Positions 13,201 to 24,575 of a stretch of DNA of 64,000 nucleotides are shown piece by piece. The position numbers and the translations under genes are program-made. Source of the DNA: Raillietiella orientalis (taxonomy: Eukaryota). The notes under the pieces were generated by a model that saw only the letters and a program-made list of their open reading frames with translations, did no database searches and had not been told where the DNA came from. Numbering within the stretch: the first letter of the stretch is position 1; each line of letters begins with the position of its first letter. The stretch is taken from NCBI GenBank assembly GCA_036172245.1, contig JAYWIR010000005.1, forward strand, positions 372,001 through 436,000, given 5' to 3'.

Positions 13201-16200
13201 TCATGAGTGCACTGAAATCGGAGTGTTGCTGCGTTAGCAACTCTCAAGTTAATTAACTAACCTGTCCCATTTCTCACACATAATTCTTTGCAAACGTTCG
13301 AAATACACTGTCTGGCATTCACGGCTGGCGAAATCAACTTGAAGGCGTGTGCCTCCTAGAGATCGTCCCCTCATCTCAATGATTGCTTTCTGTGCTCCAG
13401 ATACCTATTAAATTCAACAAGAATTAAAAAAAAAAGAAAGAAAGAAAGAAAGAAAGAAAATGAAAATAAAAGTATGGAAATGAGTTTTCTATCACTTGAT
13501 TCACTTTGCATTCTATGATAATGCTAACTTAAGCATGCATCACGACGGGGGGTTGGGGGGTGGGCACACTGGAATATACAAATCCTATAGCAATTCAGAA
13601 ATGCTGCGAAAAAGTTAAGTGATAAACCGAACGCAAGAAATGCAACAGATGAGAAGGTGATTATCTATGATATATATATATATACATATATATAATCAAC
13701 TGAAAACGGATAAGTATAACACAGACAGGATTCAAATAATTTAAACCCCGACCATAGAAGAAGTAGTCAAATAACTGCCAGCACACAAAGCAAAACGACC
13801 ACGATTCCCTCGAGTGAAACATCTCTCCCACTGCAAGGATCCAAGATTTTTTTTCCCCTTCATACCTGCTCAAAAAATATCAAGGCCTGTCCTTTACTTC
13901 TATCTATGATGGTGTAGCAAACGGGACCGTAATTCGAAAATTGTCTTCCAAGATAATTTTCGGAAATAGCTTCTGGAAATTATTAGAAATAAATAATGCA
14001 AAAATGCGGATGTTAAACCGAGACTTACCAGCCACTCCATCCACCCAAAGACAAGAAGAAGGAAAAGATTTTCCAAAACCAAGCTTTAATACGGAATGCC
14101 CCATACATTGCCCGTTTTTCCCTTTCATGGCCTTCACGACGCTGGTGATGTCGCTGTATTGTATAAAGGCATGCGAGCACGTTGATGATTTTTGAATTTC
14201 AATATCCTAACAATCAATAATGATCAAATGACATGAATCAGATGACATACTATAATTTCCCCGAAACGGTCAAACTGTTTCTTTAGTTCTCCACTGGTGA
14301 CGTGCTTTGAAAGATTTCCAACAAAAAGGATGCGTGATGCTTTCGGATGGTACTCATCTACATCCATATCATACAATCTGTATATACACGTGTGTTTTAG
14401 TGACTGCACAACTGGAAAAATTCACCCTACTTGTAATCATTTTCGTCAGATTTTATGTGTGGGGTAACTTTCAATGTGACACCAAAAAATGCTTTATCTT
14501 CAAATAAATTCAAGCCCTTTTCCGCATCTTCACGCCTAAAATAACATTTTTGAGAGACCACGTTAATTAAATCGAGTAGTAAGACTTTTCGATAATTTTT
14601 CCGAGAAATGCCCTTCATGTAGAACTAGACCCACATGCAACAACTTATATAAACACAACCGTTTCAGATTTGTTCTCGAACACTCCGCATCGCAACGCTG
14701 ACAATCACAACAAATGGTGAACGAGGGGAAAAAAGTTGTTTACCTTTTGAATGTAACTACGGCATACCTATCCGAATCTTGTCCGATGATTTTCACATTA
14801 GTAACTTTCCCGCATTTCTTGAATTCATGATACAAGCCCTCCTTCAGTCTAGCGTCTACGAAGAATGCACGATTAGATGGAGATATTTACTAGCACGCAA
14901 CTACACACATCATCTTGGAAAAAACAGCAGTGTACAATTTCTCAAGGGGGAGATGAAAGAAAACTTCCAGATAGGAAAGGGAGGGGGGAATGGACGAAAT
15001 AACAAAGTGAAAAACTTACCAGGAGAACGAGTAGGTAGATTGCGCACGCATATGGTATTATAGCCCTTAATTTTATCATCTGCATTATTTCGAGCGTTAA
15101 CTCGCACAGAAGTGACAGCCGAATGTAATTTCTCTTTTGTAGTACAGCTAAAAATTAAATCTTGAATGACTTCAATAAAGAAAGTTCTTGATAGAAATCT
15201 GACAAGCAGTGCGTAACCACTATGTGCACGAAAATTTAAGCAACACTGGAACGAAGACTACACACCAGCATGTAAATTCAGGAAAAAACCAGATAAACGG
15301 AGAGGGGGAAGAAACCATAAAAGACCATCAATTAAGAAATGTGACTCGAAATAAACGTTGTTATACATCAGCTTAACCGATTCATGAAATGGATGAAACG
15401 ATACCTTGGCGAGCGCGAGAGAGATCGAGAATGCAAAGATGAACTGGAGCCCTCTGAGCTGCCTCCAACACTACGTGCTATGCTGGTGGAACGGCTATCA
15501 CTTCCAGAGTCAGCTTTTGATCTTGAACTTAAAAAGGGATGTAGACCGATGTAGTGCACGTTACAAGTACTCACTGTTTTTCTTGCGACGATTCCTTCTG
15601 CTGATTTGGCTTTATGTTTTTATTTACGCTACTACGGGAGTCGTCAGAAAACTGCTCTTTGCGTGTATTACTGTTTGACAAAGTTTCACTCTTTTCCTTT
15701 GACTCTTTACGTATGGTTGCAGAATCACAAGCCTTCGAAGCACCGCGACTGGAAGAATTTCTGCAGGAAAAAAAGCATAAAAGACTTGAAACTTTCTTGT
15801 CCACTCAAGCTTCACTATTGCAAGAGTTATACATATCATTTGGGGGCCCTACCGATATTTTAGAACAGATCCTAGCATACGTAACACAGCAAATTCAAGC
15901 CTCAACTCCAAATACAACAGAAAGTTTCTTCCTCACAATCGGAATCACTTTTGTACTTATGACAAGTTGACGTAAGATGCATTTCCCAATTCACGCACCT
16001 ATGGTGGCGGCTCGAATGAACAGCTAAGAGACGAACTGAACTGAAGGGGGGTGGGGTGGGAAAGAAAAGGAGGGGGTAGGGGTGGGGGAATGAAGTACAT
16101 AGGAAGAAATAATCACTACTGATGAATGTTAGTATGACGCCCATGAAATATGTGAACCGCTGATTTTCAATGAGCTATCGGGATTTAAGTTTCCATTTTT

Positions 16201-17394
16201 AATCGCTAGAAAAAAAATACACCAAAAATAAGAATCACTGCCAGTTACAACTTGCTCTGAGGGAAACAAGGTGGAAACAAGTAGGCAATACAAATTCACC
16301 GCCAATTTCTTTGACTCTCCTTGCTCAATGTTTTCGCGAATTATTAGTAACATTCAGATTTAGGCGGCACAAACCTGTTTGTTTTGTCACGTTCGCGCCC
16401 TCCTTTGGCAACACCAAACCTTTCTTTCTTTTGCCTAAATTCTTCACCCTCACGGAATGCGGACGACGTTTGCTTGCTTGGGTTTTCTCTATGAAAGAAA
16501 TGACTAGAAGAAATGCGTTCATATACGCGTTCATCGCATCTAAAAATACATGAGAAAACTCAGTTTCTGTGTTTTTGAAAAAGTGTACAGGGTAGTTTTG
16601 CGACAACTTATGTATCTCATTTCTCAAGATCTTAACAGACATGACTGAATAAAGAACATTCCTATGCAATTTCTAATCGTAAGGAATTCATTTCCCTTCG
16701 CTTACACTCCATATGATTCATCAAACATGATTCCCTAACATTCTGGTCAGAAATTATAATCGGCACTCCCAATCTGCGCAAGGTGGCCAAAGATTCGTTT
16801 AAGCAACAGGACCTAGGTGGATTCTGGAAGAACGAGCTGGTCTGAAAACGCAAACCTACAACATAAGGACCATGCAGTTTCCAGCGCTGTTGGTTAAACA
16901 AAAGAACATCAACCCGAGTGAATGGCCCTGGCATGCAATACACGGATATGTTTTGAAACATCAACAACACCGTTGGTATAAGGATTAATTTTCTAAAGCT
17001 TCAAAACAAAGCTTCCTCTTCACAATTAACAAGCACGCAGTCTTGTATGCGCGAAAGTTACCACTGCACTTTGAAAGAAACACACACACATACTCATTAC
17101 AAACCGGAAGCGGAATAATGGAGCTGCGACGAAAGTTTTTATGAGAACCTTGGAATGCACAAGCTTCGAAACTATCACACGGATTCGCTTTTCCTTATTT
17201 GAAAGTTTGCCACTGTTGGATAATCCCAAAAGAAATAACACTGCTTGCAGAGTGTACATCAGATCGATATGACACACAACACATACACACACCTGAATCG
17301 GACTGGTAAAATCTACGAAACTCGATGCAACCTACAAGGTAAATAGCTTCATGTGGAATTCTTTACAAATAGAAATGGGACGTGGATCCGTATT

Positions 17395-17425
<31 letters not shown>

Positions 17426-20400
17426 GCACCGAAGATTACTAAAGATCTACGAACAGTGAACTCAACTTGTTCGTTCCACTAGATATAATCTGAAGTTATC
17501 CCCAAGCAAACGTTTTTCCATGACTGTAGGGAATCGTGCTTGGAAAAAGATGACACGCACTTCGGTCCCAATTAATATTAGTCGAATGTACAAACAGAAA
17601 AGAGGATACTTCATTTCGATAAATTCAACCCTGTTCTATTTATTATTCCTTTGGAACACTATTTCCGAGCGAAGGGAGTAGCAAAGCATACGCCTTCAAA
17701 ATGGTGGGGATAGAAACGACTACGAAAATTTGGAAGAAAATCCGATTCGAATCTTAGGAGCACAGTGTTTTTTTCCTCCGTGTGTTCTTTCCAGGACTGT
17801 GGGGATCCGAAGAACGACATAAATTTCACAGAAATACTGACACTCTCGTTACGAAACAACATCAAAATTGCTTTCGATACAATGCGACTTGGATTCTATT
17901 AGGATTTACTCAAATTCGGTGACACGAACGAAACCGGGCCCGAAGAAACACAAATACATGACGCTGGTGTAAATGTTACAAATGTTACGAGCAGGACCTG
18001 CAGGCAGACTCAAAATCACTCATACAGGTAATGAAATTAACCAAACCGAATTACACTTTCATTAAAGATCAGTGACCAATTTGAAAATGTTCTGCCTTAT
18101 TCATCAGTACCTTCGGGCGTACTACTGTCCCTCTATTTGTGAACATTCTACACACCTTGAACAAAACACGTCTCAATATTCACCAGTGTTAACAGCGTAA
18201 TTTGTCCGTTTGCAGCCGAGACAGCTGTGGAAGGACAAAAAGGGAAATATTCTATCGCATAAATGGAACATTCGAGTTTCATTTTGTAACAAAAAAAAAA
18301 AAAACGAATTTTTTTGGACCGCTTATGCAGCCAAGTTCCATTATCAGAAAGACGAAGGTGGTCACCGGTAGGCTTAGCAGTCTTGACCGCTAGCGAGTAC
18401 ATCACGTGCCTCAGACACATACATGATTGCAGAGTATTCGTTAAAACGACTGCTTACAACAAGCAACTTTACGCAATCACACCAAAAAACTCTGTGATGC
18501 AAAAAACGAAACCGGAATGGCACTATCGGGAAATGGTTGGAAACAAAGGTCAGCAGTATGCAATTTTCTGCGAAAACCTCTCTCCCTCCTTATGCACTTG
18601 CAAGGTATATATACACACATTTCTCCTAAATCTCACAATCACTCTTCGCTGCGATGGAGCTGCTGCTTCCTAACCCATCAAGTCAAAAATGGGCATGCCA
18701 GTAATTAAAATCAGATGACTAGATGGAAACAAAATGTTGCAGAAACCAAGGAAACTGAATTCTTAAATTGAAAAAAGGAAAAAAAAATTAGCAAATTGAG
18801 TAAGATTGTGACTTACTTGATCACAAAAAAATTAAAAGCATTGTTTCGTAGACGGAGCGAATATGCGTTATTGGAAACACTTCACAACTTCAAAGACCGC
18901 AACAACATTGCACACACGAACAACAGTTATCACCGCAAGCACAACACTGTGTTTTACATGTCACTTATGCGATCTCGTTACGGAAACTGGACAGAAATGA
19001 CAATCAGGATTCCAGGAAAAGCAACTGATAATCCTGCACATTATTTGACCAGGGATACTTTTAACTTGTGGATAGAAAGTGTAACGTGCCCACACACTAA
19101 AGCTGGAGAAAATCGAAAATTTCCGCAATGGGTTACGAGAACTGCCATACACTTAACGTTTTTGGATGTTGGGGGGACCAAAAAGATACAACAGCACGTG
19201 CGTATGAACATAGGAGGGTAAAATCGATCAACACTTGGATTTTAAAATTGCACTCTCCTAAGATGAATTCGCAACCAAGGTACCACTAATTTACATGATC
19301 AGCAAACTGAAGGATCACCTCAGGGGGCAAATGATGGAATAATAGAATCACAACTTACCCGGAAAAAAAACGGGGAGATCTTGGGTCAGGGACAACAGTA
19401 CTCGCTGCAAAGTTAGCCACCCTCTGACATGAAGAATCTCTTTCATGGGCACTGTCAGCAATTGTCGGGATGATCGAAGTACCGATGGGATTGAGTTGCG
19501 TGACTGGGGAAGACGAGCAATCGGGTTCATAATATTCAGTTTTTAAGTGTTGCTCTTCCAACACATGTTCCGAAGCACAATGAGCTTTAATTGCTGACTT
19601 TATATCTACAAAAGCCACAATCGCTGAGGGATTCGATGCATTAGCATCCTTGTTATGAGGCAATAACTTCACACTCTGGACACGGCCAAATCTGAAAAAG
19701 AACTTCATACAATTCCAAATCACATCACCGAACATCGGTCGCATTAAACTTCATTTCTTCTGGACACAAATATTGTCAAACCGGATTCTCAGGAACGGCA
19801 AACAAGAGCTGTGCATGCAACGTTATACGTAACGCTTCCAACACATTCACACAAAACTCGCATTTTCAATTTCACGACAAACACACGCACACACACACAC
19901 ACGCAAAACTCGATCAAAAAGCAACACTAGGATGCCAACTGGAATCTTCGACAAGTAAAACCAGAGCGTTGGCCGACTTCATTAACAAAAATGGCGTTTT
20001 CTCAAAATCGCAAAAAAAAAAAAAAAAATCAAAATAAACTTGCATTTTCAGCAACAATGACGAAACGCATTATTGGAGTCGATTTGGAACTTTCATTACC
20101 GTACAAAACTTTCGTTAAGTACAGAATAAAACCGGTTTTTCAGACAATAAAAACAACACTGGCTATTTACTAAGCCTAATACCCTCTTTAGGAAAAACTT
20201 TTCTTTCTTTTTCTCCACCTCCTTTTTTTTTTCTTTTCTTTTTTTTTTTTTTCTCCTTTTTTCTTTTTTTGCCCTACGGATCCGGTTCTCCCCCAAGTCT
20301 CCTTGACAAAAATAGATAACCAATCAATGCAGCCTGTACTCAAACTGAGTACGGCTAAGCTACATTTCTCGAGCATTTTGCTCAACTTTATTTGATAAGG

Positions 20401-21428
20401 CATTTTCGTATACGAACACAAAACCTGAATCAAAACTGTGAAACTTCCTGAACAAACTCGCTTCGTCACAAAACACAAAAATTTCACATATACCGAAAAG
20501 CCGCAGGTAAACTTGTGATTAAATGATTCGAAATACCGCCGTTTAATATATTACATACTAAAATATTACATCGAAATCGAATAAGGCAGGGCTCGACGAA
20601 TAGGACCCTATCCAATACAGGCATCCATGGATCGTAACCGCTTGGGAAGAATACGTTTGTACATTTGACAACACCGTAAATCAAGGCCCACAGGCAGGAT
20701 GGATTTGACAACGTCGCATAGCTACACGCAACGAATCACGGTTATACCCCGAATTCGATTAGCACAATTTTAACATGAAAAATCAGTTGAAAATTCGTTG
20801 GGTTCGCTATAACATTATGTGTACATCGCAAAATGCTGTGCCAACAATAATTGTACTCCCAACAGAAAGCTCACGTGAAACCTGCTAAGCACGCCCTGCC
20901 CAAAACCCAGGCGTTCGTTTCAAAAAACATAAATAAAATAACCTGCGTCACGTTTAGCCTGCGAATATTCGAAATTCCCCCCCACGACATCACCACCCGA
21001 AAATATGAAGCACTCCTTGATATACTTGCAACCGAACAGCGCGCTAATATTCCCATACTTTTCAACAAAATTACTTTACCGGATATCAGGATAGCAATCC
21101 CCATCCCTTAAATCGCATTACAGACAACAGAAGTTCCCTGGGAATCACACATTCTCCCAACTAGCAACCGACTGTAACGGCTAAAAAAACTTTTTTACAC
21201 TGAAACTGCAGTTTAAATTCAACACAAAAGACTACGTGAATCTGCACTGAAAACCGAACGTAAAATTCGTTTGGCTCCGAGTGCGTATCTCCAAAAAATA
21301 AAAACCGGTCAACAAAACGTATGGGTAATGAAAATTTTTTACCACCTCTTGAAATAATCCCAAATTCGTTGCGTTTCGATTGCATCTGGTAAATTTCCAA
21401 CCCGAAGATGTCTTGTCTCCCTAACCAT
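3703..21428 (-). CDS. spen: Split ends / SHARP / Msx2-interacting protein (4 RRMs, long disordered middle, C-terminal SPOC domain), ~3527 aa, 19 coding exons
   Basis: Manually spliced, all GT-AG and phase-consistent: 21428-21346 (MVRETRHLRVGNLP..), 19691-19359, 15760-15575, 15527-15405, 15147-15020, 14855-14744 (LKEGLYHEFKK), 14535-14431, 14377-14251 (DEYHPKASRILFVGNL), 14206-14029 (LGFGKS..CLWVDG), 13972-13866, 13404-13262 (LQVDFASRECQ), 13136-13017, 12929-5466, 5409-5205, 5136-5029, 4963-4701, 4615-4306, 4244-3885, 3831-3703 (TGA). The N-terminus MVRETRHL-VGNLP and the SPOC sequence are diagnostic for the Spen family. Confidence 0.96.
5466..12929 (-). CDS. spen: 7464-nt giant internal exon of spen (S/K/E/D-rich disordered region)
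   Basis: Corresponds to the 2535-aa ORF 5321..12928. Acceptor aacaag|C at 12930/12929 and donor TCAAG|gtacct at 5466/5465 join in phase with the flanking exons. Confidence 0.92.
13433..13458. repeat. (AAAG)n microsatellite in a spen intron
   Basis: Direct reading; forms the polypyrimidine tract on the minus strand. Confidence 0.9.
17396..17423. repeat. (CA)n microsatellite
   Basis: Direct reading. Confidence 0.92.
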
Positions 21429-23240
21429 TTTATGAAGTCCTTATAAATATTTTGGGTTGCATAATGATGTACATCATAACTGGTACATTTTTTCAACAAC
21501 CCAACTTTCTATACACGCCATTTCCACCGTACATCCACACAAGTCTGCTTCCATATAAGCTCGTTCAGCACACATATCTGTATTGCATTGAATCAAGTAC
21601 CACGCTATGTCGAGTCTAGGCTTTGGACGAGTCTAATTGATCTACGGGGTAAACTCGCTACCATAACGACGTAAAAACGTCGATGGCATTCGCTTGAGAC
21701 TACTTTGTGAGGACTGTTCGGAACCGGAGGAGCAGTATGTGAAAAAGCCATGCGAATATGAATGTGTTCACCATTGTGTGATTGATGTATAATCAGTTCC
21801 TGGTATTTTCCTCATTTAAATTTTAATACGAAAAACCAGTTGTGAACCATTACGTTTAAATAATGTAGTCCACAGTGGACAGAGTTAAATTACAAGTATT
21901 CCATTAAATTTTGCGCAACCTGCAAAATATTGCAGAAAATTGTTTGAACAGTTCTTAAAGGTGACGGAACAAAATACACTGAAACCCAAAATCATGTATA
22001 CTTGTAAAAAAAAAAAAAAAAAAAAAAAAAATCGCATGCTTTTTCCATGATCAATAGGGCTACAGAAAATGTATTTTTTGTGCATCTAAGTAGATAATGC
22101 ATTTACTTGCAAGAAATCAAGTTGCCCTTGCTTTCGATACTTAAGAAAAATCATCTGCGAAACCTATCGTGAAAAATCTTGAACATCAAACTCACTTTTG
22201 ATTCGTATAATACACATTTTCTGTGTACGATTCTAGTTTTTTTTTTCTTTTCCATTTTCGATTTGCATCGCCAAAGAGGAGTCGGAATAGAAAGAAAAAT
22301 AGAAAAATGTATCCTTTCAAGACCAATGACCCCCCCCCCCTTCCCCTTCCCTCTTTGCTCTCCTGATTCTTGTGTGCAATTCGTATACCGTTTCACTGCT
22401 GTGTGCAAAATCCAGCATTTGAGCGCAGTTTTCGATATACGTTTACGTTTGCACTCCTCTACGCAGGCGTTCGGTGCAGGCTTGTATGTCAGCTACTTAG
22501 AATGCTTTCCAATATACAAACGTACTGTTTATTAAATATGCTTGATCCCACAGAACAACGTTCATAAACACACACATACGTGATCAGCTGTTTCCAAAAA
22601 TTATTGGCAACACTGAAATATATATATTCATATTCTCATTAAGCTACCTTTAAATTAGCAGCTGTGCAGCAAACACTGAAAGTACCGTTCCCCAAGAAAA
22701 CGCATGCAGCACTTGGTTCTGGCACATTAGAAATAGTTAAAAAAACATAAAGGAAAACCACGCTACAGATTTCACAAAATTCAGCAAAAACTGATTCAGT
22801 TTTGTTTTCCATGTCTGCTGACAACACTGAAACCGATAAATTTTAGCACAAAGAAAGGAGGCGTGCAAGGATGCATCCTTTGTGTGCCCACCAAAATATA
22901 AACGATTGTGCGGGAAAAAGAAAAAAAAAAGCCCATAAATTACCTTAAAGCACATCGCAATTAACACTCGAAAACCGTTACCATCACTAGCATCCGTACA
23001 TTTAATAATGTCCTGATTAATATTACTGAAACTGGACGCACAGACTTTTATCTTTTTCTTTCATTTACACGATCACAACAACAACAACAACAACAAGAAA
23101 AAAAAAATACCTGAATCCACAATCAGATGACATGGATCTAAGAAACTGTGAATGCAAGGAATATGACTTTTTCTCCCAAAAGCGTTACTTAATACAGATT
23201 GCATCAAAATTGAAGGAATTCCTTCTTTTTTTTTCCTCTT

Positions 23241-23242
<2 letters not shown>

Positions 23243-23293
<51 letters not shown>

Positions 23294-23316
23294 TGTGTGT
23301 GTGTGTGTGTGTGTGT
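23243..23316. repeat. Compound (GT)n-(GTGC)n-(GT)n microsatellite
   Basis: Direct reading, ~74 nt of alternating purine-pyrimidine. Confidence 0.95.
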
Positions 23317-23474
23317 TTTTTGCCCGATTTACTGCGCCTCAATTCGTTGCAAGCACCAATTTAGTTCTAACCCATGGCGCTCGCTCAACAATGCGGCGGT
23401 GGACCAACAATCGACTTGCGGCGTTTCCTTTCCGACTTTCAATGAAAGCAACAAGGAGGAAGCGCTCTGAACTT

Positions 23475-24575
23475 TCATGAACTTTCGGCTGAGCTGGACA
23501 GGAGCAGCAGGCTTTCACTACGTGTACAACACCTACAGAAACTGCAATTAGGAAGGATGATGATCACAGCCTTCGACACACATACACACACGCGCGCGCG
23601 CGCGCACAGAGCGAGAGAGAGGCAATCACAGTGCGAGTGGGAAAGACGAGCCATTGAAGAAACGCGCTCCGATCTTTCAGAAGTAAAGTTTTTGGAAACG
23701 ATACAGCTTGGTAAGCGTGTACACCAAAATCTCAACTTTTCTTTCTTTTTGGTTCACGCGAAACGCGCACAGAAACCGGTAATGGGCAAAACACCTTTCC
23801 AGCGCCTCCGAAAACGATGCCAGTCTTTTGCGAAACAACTCTTTGACCGAACCAAACTGCAAAAGGCTCCATTAAGGCAATGCCAGGCACTTTTCCCTCT
23901 CCTTCTCGCAATTCCCAAGTCACTGATATTGCAACAGGGCACATCCTTTACCATCCGTGACTATTTCATCAACTTTCTATTCTGTCATCTTTTTTTTTAT
24001 TTTGTTTTACACACCTCTCCTACTTATAGGAAAGGGCAACTGAAGTTTTTACGCTCTGATCATTCTATCAAATGAGCCAAACTGCGGATGAATGTGCTTT
24101 TCCCTTTCAATGAACTTTCAAAGTGTAAATCCAGAGAACTGAATATTTATTATCAGAAAAATTTTGTGACTGGAGGAAATGGAAGCTTTGCGCAGAACCA
24201 TCGGTTTCAAAATGGTGACCAACTTTTCGAGCAATCTCTTAATTGCGAATGGAAGATAATTTGTGATATGGCAGTGATTACAACAGTAATTCGTGTGGTT
24301 TAGGCGCCGTCTGCATTCCCAGCAGGCTTTTCACGCATCCACAGCCGCAGCAAACCAAACAATCGCATAAAACAGCAAACTAATCAGCACAAAAAGGGAC
24401 GGCACCGAAAGATGGGGGGGGAGGAGGAGGAGGACGATAAGGAAAAAGGACAAACATCGAGACAAACACACACACACACACAAGAAGGATACAGAGCACG
24501 TTCACTTGTGGACCCGAGCAGCGCTTCCGCAATGACGCAACCAGCCCGGGCTCGTCTCCAATGCGCTGCCGATGC
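23475..24575 (-). CDS. 3' exons of an uncharacterised gene
   Basis: Exons 24575-24506, 23856-23795 and 23532-23475 splice GT-AG in phase to ..HRQRIGDEPGLVASLRKRCSGPQ|FGSVKELFRKRLASFSEALER|CCTRSESLLLLSSSAESS*, an amphipathic-helix-like pattern. The 5' part was not resolved. Confidence 0.42.
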
